Source of the DNA: a virus | Taxonomy: Duplodnaviria > Caudoviricetes | Length of the DNA: 47,577 nt | Strand: one strand, 5' to 3' | IMG/VR virus record: IMGVR_UViG_3300012948_000388 | Coordinates: 1 to 47,577 of that record | In this document: positions 32,211 to 42,644 of the stretch, in pieces | Layout of the letters: each line of letters begins with the position of its first letter | Position numbering within the stretch: position 1 is the stretch's first letter | Translations under genes and position numbers: made by a program | Notes under the pieces: generated by a model | What the model was told of the DNA's origin: nothing | The model's input: only the letters and a program-made list of their open reading frames with translations | Databases searched by the model: none

Positions 32211-35200
32211 TTGGTCCAGATCGCGCAGCTCGAGGCCAGCGTCACCGCCGACACGACGCAGTTCGACGCCGCGATGCGCTCGGTCGACCAGCAGCTCAAG
32301 AACGTCCCGCGCACGGCCGCCGACGCCTCCTCGCGCGCGTCGGGGTTCATGGACGGGATGACGCGCTCGGCCGGCGGCCTGGGCGGGGGGCTCTTGGCGG
32401 CGGCCTCGGGCGGTGTCGCCTTCGCGGCCGGCATGGCGGCGATGCAGGGGATCTCGGCGGCGGTGAGCGCGGTCGGCGACTCGGTCGTCGGCCTCAACCA
32501 GCGGCTGGAGCAGTCGCGGATCGCGTTCACGACGATGCTCGGGAGCGCGCAGCAGGCCGACGCCTTCTTGAAGGAGCTGGCCGACTTCGCGGCCAAGACC
32601 CCCTTCAACTTCCCCGAGCTGGTGACCGCCAGCCAGCAGATGCTGGCGATGGGCTTCGCGGCCCAGGAGATCGTGCCGATGCTGACGGCGGTCGGCAACG
32701 CCGCCGCCGCGCTCGGCGCCGGCAACGAGGGCATCGCGCGCATCACCTACGCGCTCGGCCAGATGCGGACCGCGACCAAGGTGACGGCCGGCGACATGCG
32801 CCAGCTGACCCAGGTCGGCGTGCCGGCCTGGCAGATCCTGGCCGACGCGATGGGCAAGTCGGTCTCCGAGGTGCAACGCCTGTCCGAGCAGGGGCAGATC
32901 TCGGCCGACGTCTTCATCAAGGCGTTCCAGGAGTTCTCGAAGCAGAAGTTCGGCGACCAGATGGGGCTGCAGTCGAAGACGTTCCTGGGGGCGATGTCGA
33001 CCGTGACCGACTCGGTCACGATGTGGCTCGCCAAGGCCGGCAAGCCGTTCTTCGACATGCTGACCCAGATCGCGGTCAAGGTCGCCGATCTGGTGCAGAC
33101 GAAGGAGTTCCAGGACTGGGCCGACCGGATCGCGACCTCGCTCGTCGTGATCGGCAAGGTCGCGGGCGGCGTCTTCTCGATCCTCGAGACGGCCGCGAAC
33201 CTGGCGGCGAAGGCGCTCGAGCCGATCGGGGCGGCGATCCAGGGGATCGGGGGCGTGCTCGCGCAGACGGCGCCGATCTGGCAGCGCTTCGGCGAGTACG
33301 TCGCGACCTGGGCCAAGACGCTGCTCGAGGGCATCCGCGCCGCGCTCGGCGGCCTGGACGCGCTCGGCAAGATCGCGGGCAAGGACCTGGGCCTGGTCAA
33401 GGCGTTCGACGACGCGACGGCGGCGGTGAGCGGCTTCGCGAGCGAGCTGGGCAAGACGATTAGCGCCGGCGCCGACGGCCAGAACGCGGCCGAGAAGGTC
33501 TACGGCCCCTTCAAGTCGGAGGGGCGCGACGCCGCCCAGGCGATCAAGCTGACCAACGACGACATCCTGGCGGCGATGGACTCGTTCCAGGGCGATCTCT
33601 TCAAGGACGCGGGCGAGGTCAAGAAGGCGATCCACGAGGGCTACACCGCCGCGGTCGAGGAGCAGCGGCAGGCGGCGCAGCGGCTGGCCGACGTCGAGAC
33701 GCGCGCCGGCGAGCAGCGGGCGCAGGCGGCGCAGGCGGCCCAGAAGGCGCTCGCGGCGGCGCAGCAGCGGTACGCCGACGCGGTCGCCTCGGCGGTCGAG
33801 GAGCGCGCCAAGGGGCTGGCGGCGGCCGAGAAGAACGCGGCCGACGCGACGGCGCAGGCGATCCAGGCGGCGCAGGAGCGGCTGGTCGAGATCGAGCAGC
33901 GGCACGGCGAGCGGGTCGCCGAGGCGGTCGCGGCGCGCGGCGCGACGATCGACGAGGCGCTCGACCTCTACAACCAGCGGATCGCCGAGATCGAGCAGTC
34001 CTCGGCCGAGAAGGTCGGCCAGGCGCAGGCGCAGGCGTCGGAGCAGATCGCGCAGGCGATCGCGCAGGCGGCCGAGCGGCACGCCCAGATCGAGAGCGAC
34101 GCGCGCGACCAGCAGGCCGCCGCCGTCGCCCAGGCGACCGAGCGGCTGGCGCAGCTGCAGCACGACGCGGCCGAGAAGCGGGCCGAGATCGTCGCGCGCG
34201 CCGCCGAGCGGATCGCCCAGGCCGAGCGCGACGCCGACGAGCAGCGGCGCGCGCTCGCGGCCGAGCGCACGTCGCGCATCGCCCAGGCCGAGCTGACCTA
34301 CGCCCAGGGCGTCGCCCAGGCGGTGCAGCGCGCCTCGGACCAGATCCTGGCGGCGCAGCAGCAGGCGGCCGACCGGATCGCGCAGGCGATCGAGGCGCTG
34401 CAGCAGCAGCGCTCCGACCGGTCGGCCGAGCAGGCCTTCGACCGGCGGCAGAGCGCCGAGGCGCGGGCGCGCCAGCAGTCGCGCGACGACGAGGAGGCGT
34501 ACTACCACTTCCAGCAGGACCTGGCGGGCGCGGCCGACGAGGCCGAGAAGCAGCGCATCACCGACCGCTTCGCGCGCGCCGAGGAGGAGCGGGCGCGCCA
34601 GCGCGCGCGGCAGGAGGAGGACCGGCTCTTCGCCGAGCAGCAGGCGGCCGAGCGCCAGGCGTTCATGGACAAGCTGGCCGACGACGCCCTGCAGCGCACG
34701 ATCGCGCAGGCGGCGGCCGAGCGCGACGCGCGCCTCGTCGCGGTCGAGCAGGAGCTGGCGGCGCGGCGGGACGCGCTCACCGCCGCGCGCGCGGCCGAGA
34801 TCGTCGCGGTCGACGCCGACAACGCGGCCAAGCTCGCGAAGCTGAACGATCGGCTGGTCGCCGAGAAGGCGGCGGCCGACGCGGCGCGGGCGGCCGATCT
34901 GGCGGCGGTCGACAAGAAGCTGGCCGACGAGACGGCGAAGACGAACCAGGCGCTCGCCGACCGGCAGGACGCGATCCGGCGCGCGGCCGAGAAGGCGCAG
35001 GCGGCGCTCGAGGCCGACCTCGTCAAGCGCGAGGCCGCGATCAACGCCAGCCTCGCGCGCGAGCTGGCCGCCAACGCGGCGGCGGTCGAGAAGCAGCGCG
35101 CCGAGGCGGCGAAGCAGCGCGACGAGCAGGTCGCGCGCGCCGAGGAGGCGTACCAGAAGTCGGTCGAGGCGGCGCAGAAGGCGGCCGACCAGGAGGTGGC

Positions 35201-35888
35201 GGCGACGGTCGACGCCGAGCAGAAGAAGCTCGCCGCGATCAACCAGAAGCTGGCCGACGAGACGGCCGCGCTCGACGCCGCCTACAACGAGCGGCTCGCC
35301 AAGGCCGCCCACGCCTACGCGATGGACGTGTACAACGCGAACCAGGCGCTCGCGCAGAAGGAGGCCGACGTCGCGGCCTCGGCCGAGAAGGAGCGCCAGA
35401 CGCTGCTGCGCAACTACGCCGACAAGATCCGCGACATCCGCGAGAAGTTCATCGCCCAGATCCCCAAGGGCGCCGAGGTGCCGGCCGACAACTACCTGCA
35501 GCGCCTGATCGACCTGCAGAACCAGCTCGCGTCCGGCAGCGTCGCCGCGCGCCCGCAGGCCGGGGTGGCGGCGCCGACGAGCGGGCCGGCGGCGCCGGCG
35601 GCGGTCGCGGGCCCGCTAACGGGCGGGGTCACGATCGTGCCGATCCGCGACGAGGGCGGGCCGGGCGCGGCCGGCGAGGTCTACCAGGTCGGGCGCGGGC
35701 CGTACAAGGAGTGGTTCGTGCCCGCGTCGTCGGGGCGCTTCGAGCCGATGGGGCCCGAGCCGTCGATGACGCAGACGATCCCGATCTACATCGGCGGCGA
35801 GCTTTTGACCACCGTCGTCGCGCGCGCGAACCAGCGCTACGCCGACCGGGGCGGGCGGCTGCCGCGCTCGGCGGTGCCGACGCCGTGA
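32211..35888 (+). CDS. Tape measure protein
   Basis: LEQSRIAFTTMLGS, FAAKTPFNF tape-measure domain; long Ala/Gln/Glu helical region; 1225 aa. Confidence 0.93.
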   Translation: MVQIAQLEASVTADTTQFDAAMRSVDQQLKNVPRTAADASSRASGFMDGMTRSAGGLGGGLLAAASGGVAFAAGMAAMQGISAAVSAVGDSVVGLNQRLEQSRIAFTTMLGSAQQADAFLKELADFAAKTPFNFPELVTASQQMLAMGFAAQEIVPMLTAVGNAAAALGAGNEGIARITYALGQMRTATKVTAGDMRQLTQVGVPAWQILADAMGKSVSEVQRLSEQGQISADVFIKAFQEFSKQKFGDQMGLQSKTFLGAMSTVTDSVTMWLAKAGKPFFDMLTQIAVKVADLVQTKEFQDWADRIATSLVVIGKVAGGVFSILETAANLAAKALEPIGAAIQGIGGVLAQTAPIWQRFGEYVATWAKTLLEGIRAALGGLDALGKIAGKDLGLVKAFDDATAAVSGFASELGKTISAGADGQNAAEKVYGPFKSEGRDAAQAIKLTNDDILAAMDSFQGDLFKDAGEVKKAIHEGYTAAVEEQRQAAQRLADVETRAGEQRAQAAQAAQKALAAAQQRYADAVASAVEERAKGLAAAEKNAADATAQAIQAAQERLVEIEQRHGERVAEAVAARGATIDEALDLYNQRIAEIEQSSAEKVGQAQAQASEQIAQAIAQAAERHAQIESDARDQQAAAVAQATERLAQLQHDAAEKRAEIVARAAERIAQAERDADEQRRALAAERTSRIAQAELTYAQGVAQAVQRASDQILAAQQQAADRIAQAIEALQQQRSDRSAEQAFDRRQSAEARARQQSRDDEEAYYHFQQDLAGAADEAEKQRITDRFARAEEERARQRARQEEDRLFAEQQAAERQAFMDKLADDALQRTIAQAAAERDARLVAVEQELAARRDALTAARAAEIVAVDADNAAKLAKLNDRLVAEKAAADAARAADLAAVDKKLADETAKTNQALADRQDAIRRAAEKAQAALEADLVKREAAINASLARELAANAAAVEKQRAEAAKQRDEQVARAEEAYQKSVEAAQKAADQEVAATVDAEQKKLAAINQKLADETAALDAAYNERLAKAAHAYAMDVYNANQALAQKEADVAASAEKERQTLLRNYADKIRDIREKFIAQIPKGAEVPADNYLQRLIDLQNQLASGSVAARPQAGVAAPTSGPAAPAAVAGPLTGGVTIVPIRDEGGPGAAGEVYQVGRGPYKEWFVPASSGRFEPMGPEPSMTQTIPIYIGGELLTTVVARANQRYADRGGRLPRSAVPTP

Positions 35889-35951
35889 GCGCGCCGACGA
35901 TCGCGCGCGGGCGGACGCCGTGACGATCGCTCTCAGGCGCGGGAGCGCGCC

Positions 35952-37604
35952 GTGACCGACGTCGCCTGGCCGGGCGTCGCCGCGACCGGGGCGAGCCCGC
36001 TCGTCGTCCACACCGTCCTGATGGACATGGACGGTGACGGCGTGATCGAGGGCGACGGGACGGTCGGCGCGCTGCAGGGTCGCACGGTCGGCTCGCTGGC
36101 CGGCCTGACGGTCGCGCAGCTCGACGCGGCGCACCTGCCGTCGCGCGAGATCATCACCGACGACGTGCGGCTCGAGCCGACGCCGCAGGCCGAGCGCGGA
36201 CGCGACCGCGTCGCCTCGGGCTCGCCGCCGATGGCCTCCGAGGTCAACCTCGCGGTCGACAACCGCTCGGGCAACTGGAGCCCCGGGAACCCGAACTCGC
36301 CGCTCTACCAGGCCGTCAAGATCGGGCGCATGGTCGACTGGCGGATCGTCGCCGGCGGGATCACCTACGGGGTCGTGCAGGGCCTGTGCAAGGAGATCGC
36401 GCCCGACAGCCACTTCGGCCAGGAGCTGGTCCACCTGCGGGGCTTGAGCCAGCTGAGCCGGCTCGTCGGTCTGTCGGGGCTCTCGAGCCCGCTCTACGGC
36501 GACGGCACGGTCGCGAACGGGGTCCGCACCGACCAGGCGCTCGGCTACGTCCTCGACGCGGCCGGGCTGACGAGCACGTCGCGGCGCAGCTTCGACGCCG
36601 GCGACACGAGGCTCCTGTACTTCTACATCAAGCCGTCGGATGACCTCTTCGACCTCGCCTTGCGGCTCTGGGGCGCCGAGGGGCCGGGGAGCCGCCTCTA
36701 CGACCGGGCCGACGGGGTGACGGTCTTCACGCGGCGCGGGCGCGAGATCACCGACAGTCGGGCGACGACGGTGCAGGCGACGTTCCGCGACACCGACGAC
36801 GGCTCGACGCCCTACTACAGCGCCTGGTCGCGCCGCTCGGGCGAGGAGTCGATGGTCAACAGCTGCGCCTTCTCGATCGTGCGGCGCGGCGCCGCCCAGG
36901 CGGTCGAGTGGCGCGCCGGCGCGGTGCTGACGCTGCAGGCGAACGAGCTGCGCGACACGCTCGTCGGCGTCACCGGCGACGACGTGGTCGCGAACGCCGC
37001 CGACCCGGTCGCCGGGACCGACTACACGGTCACGGGCGGGTCGCTGACGCTCGCGCCCGCGATCGTGGGACGGCGCTCGGGCGCGTTCGTGACGCTGCGC
37101 GCCCAGGCCGGCGCCGGCGGCGCGACGGTCGCGGGGCCGCCGGCCGACCAGGCGAACGGGCTGCGGGTCAACCTGAGCGTCGTGCGCGTGAGCGAGCGGG
37201 TGACGGTCGCCGACGCCGGGACGCAGACGGCGCAGTCGCACGCCGACTACGGGCTGCACGGCCTGAGCATCCCGGTCTACGAGGAGCTGGACAAGGGCTT
37301 CGCGCAGTCGCTCTGCGACGCCTGGGTCGCGCGCGGGATGGAGCCGCGTCCGACGGCGCTGATCGAGCTGCCGCTGGTCGAGGCGCGCCAGCTCGCGCCC
37401 GCGCTCGCGCGCGAGATCGGCGACCGGGTCGCGATCGTCTCCGACCGCGACTACTTCAACCGCTCGATGTGGGTCGAGTCGATCACGACGCTGGTCGACG
37501 CCGGCGGGACGACGACGATCCGGCTCGGCTGCGAGGCCGTCCACGAGACCGACTACCTGCGCTGGGGCGTCGGTCTCTGGGGCCGCCAGCGCTGGGGGTT
37601 GTAG
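35952..37604 (+). CDS. Tail tip/baseplate hub protein
   Basis: After the tape measure gene; VDNRSGNWSP.N..SPLY, REIGDRV. Confidence 0.75.
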   Translation: MTDVAWPGVAATGASPLVVHTVLMDMDGDGVIEGDGTVGALQGRTVGSLAGLTVAQLDAAHLPSREIITDDVRLEPTPQAERGRDRVASGSPPMASEVNLAVDNRSGNWSPGNPNSPLYQAVKIGRMVDWRIVAGGITYGVVQGLCKEIAPDSHFGQELVHLRGLSQLSRLVGLSGLSSPLYGDGTVANGVRTDQALGYVLDAAGLTSTSRRSFDAGDTRLLYFYIKPSDDLFDLALRLWGAEGPGSRLYDRADGVTVFTRRGREITDSRATTVQATFRDTDDGSTPYYSAWSRRSGEESMVNSCAFSIVRRGAAQAVEWRAGAVLTLQANELRDTLVGVTGDDVVANAADPVAGTDYTVTGGSLTLAPAIVGRRSGAFVTLRAQAGAGGATVAGPPADQANGLRVNLSVVRVSERVTVADAGTQTAQSHADYGLHGLSIPVYEELDKGFAQSLCDAWVARGMEPRPTALIELPLVEARQLAPALAREIGDRVAIVSDRDYFNRSMWVESITTLVDAGGTTTIRLGCEAVHETDYLRWGVGLWGRQRWGL

Positions 37605-37605
37605 G

Positions 37606-38580
37606 GTGCCGTACGCGCCGCTCGCGAGCGTGGTCGTCGACCAGATCGCGTCGGAGGCCTGGGCGAACCAGGTCAAGGCGAACTTCGACGCCGGGCCGAA
37701 CCCGCTCGCGCAGGCGGTCGGCGACCTCGTCTACGCCTCGGCGGTGCAGACGCTGGCGCGGCTGCCGGTCGGGGCGGCGGGCGCGCTGCTCGGCGTCTCG
37801 GGCGGCCTCCCCGCCTGGCTGACGACGATCGCGCTCGCGGGCGGCGGACTCACGATCGGGACCGACTGCAACCTCTACCGCTTGCAGGCCGACGTGCTGA
37901 AGACCGACGACAGCCTCTACGCCGGCGGGGGGCTGGCGTCGTCGCACGGGCTGACGGGCCAGATCTACCTGACGCACGTCAGCGGGACGCCGACGATCTA
38001 CTTCGGCTCGGCGATCGACACGATCCTGCAGCGCGCGGGTACCAACGCGCTCTCGACGCCGGGGGCGCTGACGGTCGGGGGCGCCTTCTCGGCCGGCGCG
38101 ATCACGGGCACGTTCGCCAACGGGTCGGTGCCGCTGGCGGCGCTGGCGGCGGCGCCCTCGGCGCGCGCGCGACGCACGACGACCTTGACGGTGACGGCGT
38201 CATGGACGCCGGTCAGCTACGACGCCGAGGACTGGGACAACGCGGCGCTGCACTCGGCCGGGACGCCGACGCGCTTCTCGGCGCCGGTCGCGGGCGTCTA
38301 CCACGCCTGGGCGACGGCGGCGATCCAGCAGGGCGCGTCGAACCTGAACCCGATCCTGGCCATCCGCGACTCGGCCGGCAACCACCTGGCGCGCCAGGAC
38401 GGCGTGCCGAACGCGACCAACAGCTTCGCCTACGTCTCGGTCGACTGCGAGGTCAAGCTGGCGGTGAACGACTGGGTCGACGTCGCGGTGATCGTGAACG
38501 GCTCGGGGACGGCGACGATGCTGGCCGATGGCGCGTCGAGCCCCTGCCGCGCCGGGCTGAGCTACCTGGGGCCGGGGTGA
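37606..38580 (+). CDS. Tail fibre/receptor-binding protein with C1q/TNF-like C-terminus
   Basis: GDLVYA..LARLPVG..G.LL..SGGLPAW; TRFSAPVAGVY, LAVNDWV. Confidence 0.72.
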   Translation: MPYAPLASVVVDQIASEAWANQVKANFDAGPNPLAQAVGDLVYASAVQTLARLPVGAAGALLGVSGGLPAWLTTIALAGGGLTIGTDCNLYRLQADVLKTDDSLYAGGGLASSHGLTGQIYLTHVSGTPTIYFGSAIDTILQRAGTNALSTPGALTVGGAFSAGAITGTFANGSVPLAALAAAPSARARRTTTLTVTASWTPVSYDAEDWDNAALHSAGTPTRFSAPVAGVYHAWATAAIQQGASNLNPILAIRDSAGNHLARQDGVPNATNSFAYVSVDCEVKLAVNDWVDVAVIVNGSGTATMLADGASSPCRAGLSYLGPG

Positions 38581-38584
38581 TGAC

Positions 38585-40237
38585 GTGAGCACGCTGACGC
38601 CGAAGCTGGGCTTGTACGTGATCGAGGACTCGGACGACGCCAACGCGGCCGTCAAGACGATGCACAACGCCGACGTCACCAAGCTCGACGAGGCGGTGCT
38701 CTTGACGGCGGCGCAGACCTTGACGAGCAAGACGCTGACGAGCCCGACGATCAACGGCGGGACGCTCGACGGTACGTTCGGCGGCACCTTCACGCTGACG
38801 TCGCCCACGCTGGCGTCGCCGATCATCACGGGCCGCGTCCTGGGCGACTTCTCGAACGCGACGATCGCGAACAGGGTGCTGTTCAAGACGACGACGGTCA
38901 ACGCCAACACGGCCGTCGGCGCGATCCCGGACGGCACCGGCACGGCCGCCTACGTCATCGTCTACGGATCGTCGAGCCCGGACAACGCCGCGTTCGTCCA
39001 GCTCGCCGGAACGCAGGCGGCCGGTCACTACATCAACTCGGACAGGCTCGGCACCGGCACCCTTCAGCCGTTCGACCTGCGGATGAGCGGCGGCGCGGCG
39101 CTGCGCGTGCAGACGAGCGGTGGCGTCACGCTGCTCGGCACGGCCGATCCGGGGGCGGGTCAGCTGCGGATCGAGGGCAACGTGGCGCTCACCGGCTCGA
39201 TTCCGGCCTGGGGCGCGGGCTACCGCACGATCGCGCTCAACAGCAACATCGGCCTGACGGCCAATCCGGCCGGCGGCGGCGCGTACGTGACCCGCAACGC
39301 CTACTGGGATGGGTCGTACTGGCGCTACATCTCGGCCGACACGGCCGAGATCTTCCAGCTGACGGGCGGCGTCCACTACTTCCTCTCCGCGACGTCGGGC
39401 TCGGCCGGCGCGCAGATGCTCGGCAACCTGGCGACGCGGATGCTGGTGAGCAACAACGGCACCGTCACCGTCGGCAGCGCCTCGTCGGGCTCCAGCTTCA
39501 TGACGATCGGCGTCTGCGTCGACCAGGGCACGGGCGGCAACGAGGTGCTCACGCTCAAGGGAACCGGCGGGGTCGCGCACGGGATGACCAACTACGCCGA
39601 CAGCGCGACGTTCCTCGCGATCTACAAGGCGGGGACCGGCGGCGGTGGCATGCTGCGCGGGGTCGCCAGCGGCGCGACCGGCGTCTTCTTGCAGACCTTC
39701 TGCGGGACCGACGACTCGTCGAAGTCGACCAGCTCGGCGGGCTGGGTCATGATGGACGGCTACAAGAACGCGCCGCCGACGATCGCGGCGCCGATCGCCA
39801 ACCAGAACGCCTTCGTCGTCAAGGCCAACTCGCTGACCCGCTTCATGGTCGACAACGAGGGCGACATCTACGCCGACGCGGGCTCGGGCACCGCCAACAG
39901 CGGGACGGGCTACTTCACCTACGACGAGCACGAGGACGCCGAACTGGTGCGCGCGCTCGACGTCGAGCGCCGCGCGCCGCGCCTGGTCCGCTCGCGCTTC
40001 GACGCCTTCCTGCGCTACGGCCGGCCGGCGCTGGAGGCGGCGCGGATCGCGACGTTCAACGACGGGCCGGGCGGCGACGGCTCGGTCTTCGTGAACTACT
40101 CGGCGCTGGCGCGTCTGCACTCGGGGGCGATCTGGCAGCAGCACACCCGGACGGTGGCGCTCGCCGAGCGCGTCGCCGCCCAGGCCGCCCGGATCGACGC
40201 GCTCGAGGCGCGGCTCGCGCTGCAAGGAGGGAGCTAG
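38585..40237 (+). CDS. Tail fibre with C-terminal intramolecular-chaperone-like coiled coil
   Basis: QTLTSKTLTSPTI, Gly/Thr-rich; VNYSAL...IDALEARL. Confidence 0.75.
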   Translation: MSTLTPKLGLYVIEDSDDANAAVKTMHNADVTKLDEAVLLTAAQTLTSKTLTSPTINGGTLDGTFGGTFTLTSPTLASPIITGRVLGDFSNATIANRVLFKTTTVNANTAVGAIPDGTGTAAYVIVYGSSSPDNAAFVQLAGTQAAGHYINSDRLGTGTLQPFDLRMSGGAALRVQTSGGVTLLGTADPGAGQLRIEGNVALTGSIPAWGAGYRTIALNSNIGLTANPAGGGAYVTRNAYWDGSYWRYISADTAEIFQLTGGVHYFLSATSGSAGAQMLGNLATRMLVSNNGTVTVGSASSGSSFMTIGVCVDQGTGGNEVLTLKGTGGVAHGMTNYADSATFLAIYKAGTGGGGMLRGVASGATGVFLQTFCGTDDSSKSTSSAGWVMMDGYKNAPPTIAAPIANQNAFVVKANSLTRFMVDNEGDIYADAGSGTANSGTGYFTYDEHEDAELVRALDVERRAPRLVRSRFDAFLRYGRPALEAARIATFNDGPGGDGSVFVNYSALARLHSGAIWQQHTRTVALAERVAAQAARIDALEARLALQGGS

Positions 40238-40549
40238 ATGACCGTCGGCTACAACGCCCAGCTGACCAAGGGGACCATCGACGCGCAGCTCGGCTCGATC
40301 AGCCAGCGGCTGAACATCGTGCTGGAGGACGTGAACGACTTCAAGTACTTCATCGACGGCATCCTGGACGCGCAGCTCACCGGCATGGGCTACGACGCGA
40401 ACGACGTCGCCCTGATCCGCACGGCCGCGTCCGACATGGACCAGCTGCGCGAGATCTACCAGGGACTCGCCGCGCTCGCCGCCGTCAAGGACTTCCGCAC
40501 CTTCATCAGACGCGTGTGGGGCACGGGCTACAGCGGCGTCGGCGTCTAG
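40238..40549 (+). CDS. Hypothetical protein (tail-associated)
   Basis: AGGAGG RBS. Confidence 0.75.
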   Translation: MTVGYNAQLTKGTIDAQLGSISQRLNIVLEDVNDFKYFIDGILDAQLTGMGYDANDVALIRTAASDMDQLREIYQGLAALAAVKDFRTFIRRVWGTGYSGVGV

Positions 40550-40560
40550 GAGGCGAGGCG

Positions 40561-40899
40561 ATGGGCGAGGCGAACGGGCGGCGGCGTCAGACGGCCGCGG
40601 CGGTCGCGGCGGGACAGCCCGCCGAGGTGGCGCTCGGCGAGCGGAGCGCGCGGCGCCTCTCGGCCTTCCTCAGCGCGGCGCAGGGCGCCGAGATCGTGGC
40701 GCAGGCGGCGGCGCAGCAGGCGAAGGCGGTGGCCGAGAAGTACCAGGAGGCGGTCGCGGCCGTGCTCGACGTCCACGGCGTCGTCCTCACGCCCGAGATC
40801 GAGGTGCGCTTCGACCCGGACCGGGGGCTGCTCGTCGTCGGGCGGCGGGAGTCGGCGCCGCCGCCGCCGGCCGTCGTCGCGCCGGCGCCGGTCGGCTAG
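40561..40899 (+). CDS. Hypothetical coiled-coil protein
   Basis: GAGG RBS. Confidence 0.7.
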   Translation: MGEANGRRRQTAAAVAAGQPAEVALGERSARRLSAFLSAAQGAEIVAQAAAQQAKAVAEKYQEAVAAVLDVHGVVLTPEIEVRFDPDRGLLVVGRRESAPPPPAVVAPAPVG

Positions 40900-40910
40900 G
40901 GAGGGACGCC

Positions 40911-41078
40911 GTGAGCGCGACCGAGATGGACTTCTGGCGCGCGCTCTCGGACGCGTGGCTGCCCGTCGTCGTCGTCGTCGCCGGGCTGATCGCCGCCGCG
41001 CTCGGGCTGCGCGGACAGCGGCGCAAGCGGCGGCGCCGGCGCACGACGACGACGACGCCACCGTCGCGCGAGAACTGA
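40911..41078 (+). CDS. 55-aa single-TM protein with basic tail (holin-like; absent from the ORF track)
   Basis: GGAGG RBS; WLPVVVVVAGLIAAALGL-RGQRRKRRRR; directly before the endolysin. Confidence 0.6.
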   Translation: MSATEMDFWRALSDAWLPVVVVVAGLIAAALGLRGQRRKRRRRRTTTTTPPSREN

Positions 41079-41081
41079 GCC

Positions 41082-42635
41082 GTGCTGAGTCAGGGCTTCG
41101 TGCTGCTCTCGGATCAGGACAGCGACGCGCCGGCGACGCCGTGCGTCGCGACCGTCTCGAAGGACGACGCCTGGGACCACGGCGCGCTCGCGCTCGGCCA
41201 GGCGGCGGCGGCCGACGGGCGGCTCTGGTGCGACCGGCCGTACTTCACCGGCAACCCCGAGCCGAGCTGGCTGGTGCTTCGGCTCGATCGCTGCACCGGC
41301 GTCGGCGGCCTGGCCCAGGTCGGCAATGAGCAGAACCTGCCGCTCGAGGGCTGGGTCGGCGGGCGCGACGAGTGGTTCGCGTTCGAGGACACGGTGCGGC
41401 GGCAGGCGCGCCACCCCGAGCGGCTGCTCGCGATGCCGCCGAGCCCGGGCATGCCCGACTGGACGTCGTGGGTGCGCGACGTGGGCGCCGACGGGCGCCC
41501 GCTCGATCACGCGGTCCACGCCTACGGGTCGTTCGCCGAGATGCGCGACGTCGTCGCGTGGTACCTGGCGCGCACGTCGGGGCGGATCGCGGTCACCGAG
41601 TGCAACTTCGCCGCCGGCCGGACGGTCGACCGCGACGCCTGGGCGAACGCCGAGCTTTTGCCCTTCCTCGACTGGTGCGCCGGCGAGGCGCGGATCGTCG
41701 TCGTGAGCTACTTCGCCTGGCGGTGGCGCAGCCCCGACGCGGCGCTGGCGACGCCGCTCGACGCGGCCGGGACGGCGATCGAGACGGTGATCCGGGACTG
41801 GCGGCCGCCACCGGACGGCGGCGAGGAGGTCGCGGTGCTCGAGGGCGTGGACGCCTCGAACTGGCAGGGAGCGGTCGACTGGGGCGCGGTCGCGGGCGCG
41901 GGGCGCCGCTTCGCGATCGTCAAGGCGAGCGAGGACGGCGGCTACCGCGACCCGACCTTCGCGACGAACTGGGCCGCGATCAAGGAGAGCGGGTTGACGC
42001 GCGGGGCGTACCACTTCGCGCGGCCGAGCCGGGTCGAGCCGGCGGCGAGCGTCGCGCTCCTGCGCGAGCAGCTGGCGGCGGCGGGCGGGCTCGCGAGCGG
42101 CGATCTGGTCGCGCTCGACTTCGAGGACACCGAGGTCGCGCCGACGGCCCAGCTGGAGCGGTGGGCGCTCGACTGGCTCGCGGCGGCCGAGGCGGCGCTG
42201 GGCGTGCGCCCGCTCTTCTACTCGGGGACGTGGTACACCGGGCCGCACGGCTGCGACACGCCGGCGCTGGCGACCTACCCGCTCTGGCTGGCGGCCTACC
42301 AGGAGGCGCGGCCGGACCCGCCGCCGAGCTGGTCGTCGATCGCGATCTGGCAGTACAGCGCCCACGGGAGCGTCCCCGGCGTCTCGGGCGACTGCGACCT
42401 GAACCGCTTCCTGGGCGACGCGGCGGCGCTGGCGGCGCTCGGCTACGCCGGGGGTGCGGCGCCGCCGGCGTCGGACGTCGCGGCGCTGCAGGACACGACC
42501 TGGGGGCTGGCCGATCAGCTGCAGGCGGTCGCGGGTGACTGGCACGCCGCCGGCTGGCCCTCGATGGGGAGCGGGGTCGCGGCGGCGGCCGAGGCGGTCA
42601 AGACGATGGTGCGGTCGAGCAAGGGCGAGCGCTAG
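41082..42635 (+). CDS. Endolysin: GH-A-clan-like domain + GH25 muramidase
   Basis: GNEQN/VHAYG/VTECN; GVDASNWQG, VKASE, GAYHF, LDFE, WQYS, DCDLN. Confidence 0.88.
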   Translation: MLSQGFVLLSDQDSDAPATPCVATVSKDDAWDHGALALGQAAAADGRLWCDRPYFTGNPEPSWLVLRLDRCTGVGGLAQVGNEQNLPLEGWVGGRDEWFAFEDTVRRQARHPERLLAMPPSPGMPDWTSWVRDVGADGRPLDHAVHAYGSFAEMRDVVAWYLARTSGRIAVTECNFAAGRTVDRDAWANAELLPFLDWCAGEARIVVVSYFAWRWRSPDAALATPLDAAGTAIETVIRDWRPPPDGGEEVAVLEGVDASNWQGAVDWGAVAGAGRRFAIVKASEDGGYRDPTFATNWAAIKESGLTRGAYHFARPSRVEPAASVALLREQLAAAGGLASGDLVALDFEDTEVAPTAQLERWALDWLAAAEAALGVRPLFYSGTWYTGPHGCDTPALATYPLWLAAYQEARPDPPPSWSSIAIWQYSAHGSVPGVSGDCDLNRFLGDAAALAALGYAGGAAPPASDVAALQDTTWGLADQLQAVAGDWHAAGWPSMGSGVAAAAEAVKTMVRSSKGER

Positions 42636-42644
42636 AGTCGAGCG

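Noticed and set aside
31737-35312. 1191-aa antisense ORF and the other long minus-strand ORFs over structural genes (e.g. 23197-25599, 28581-30803, 40896-43493)
   Set aside because: Shadow frames expected in high-GC DNA; Arg/Ala-rich, no motifs, opposite well-supported genes
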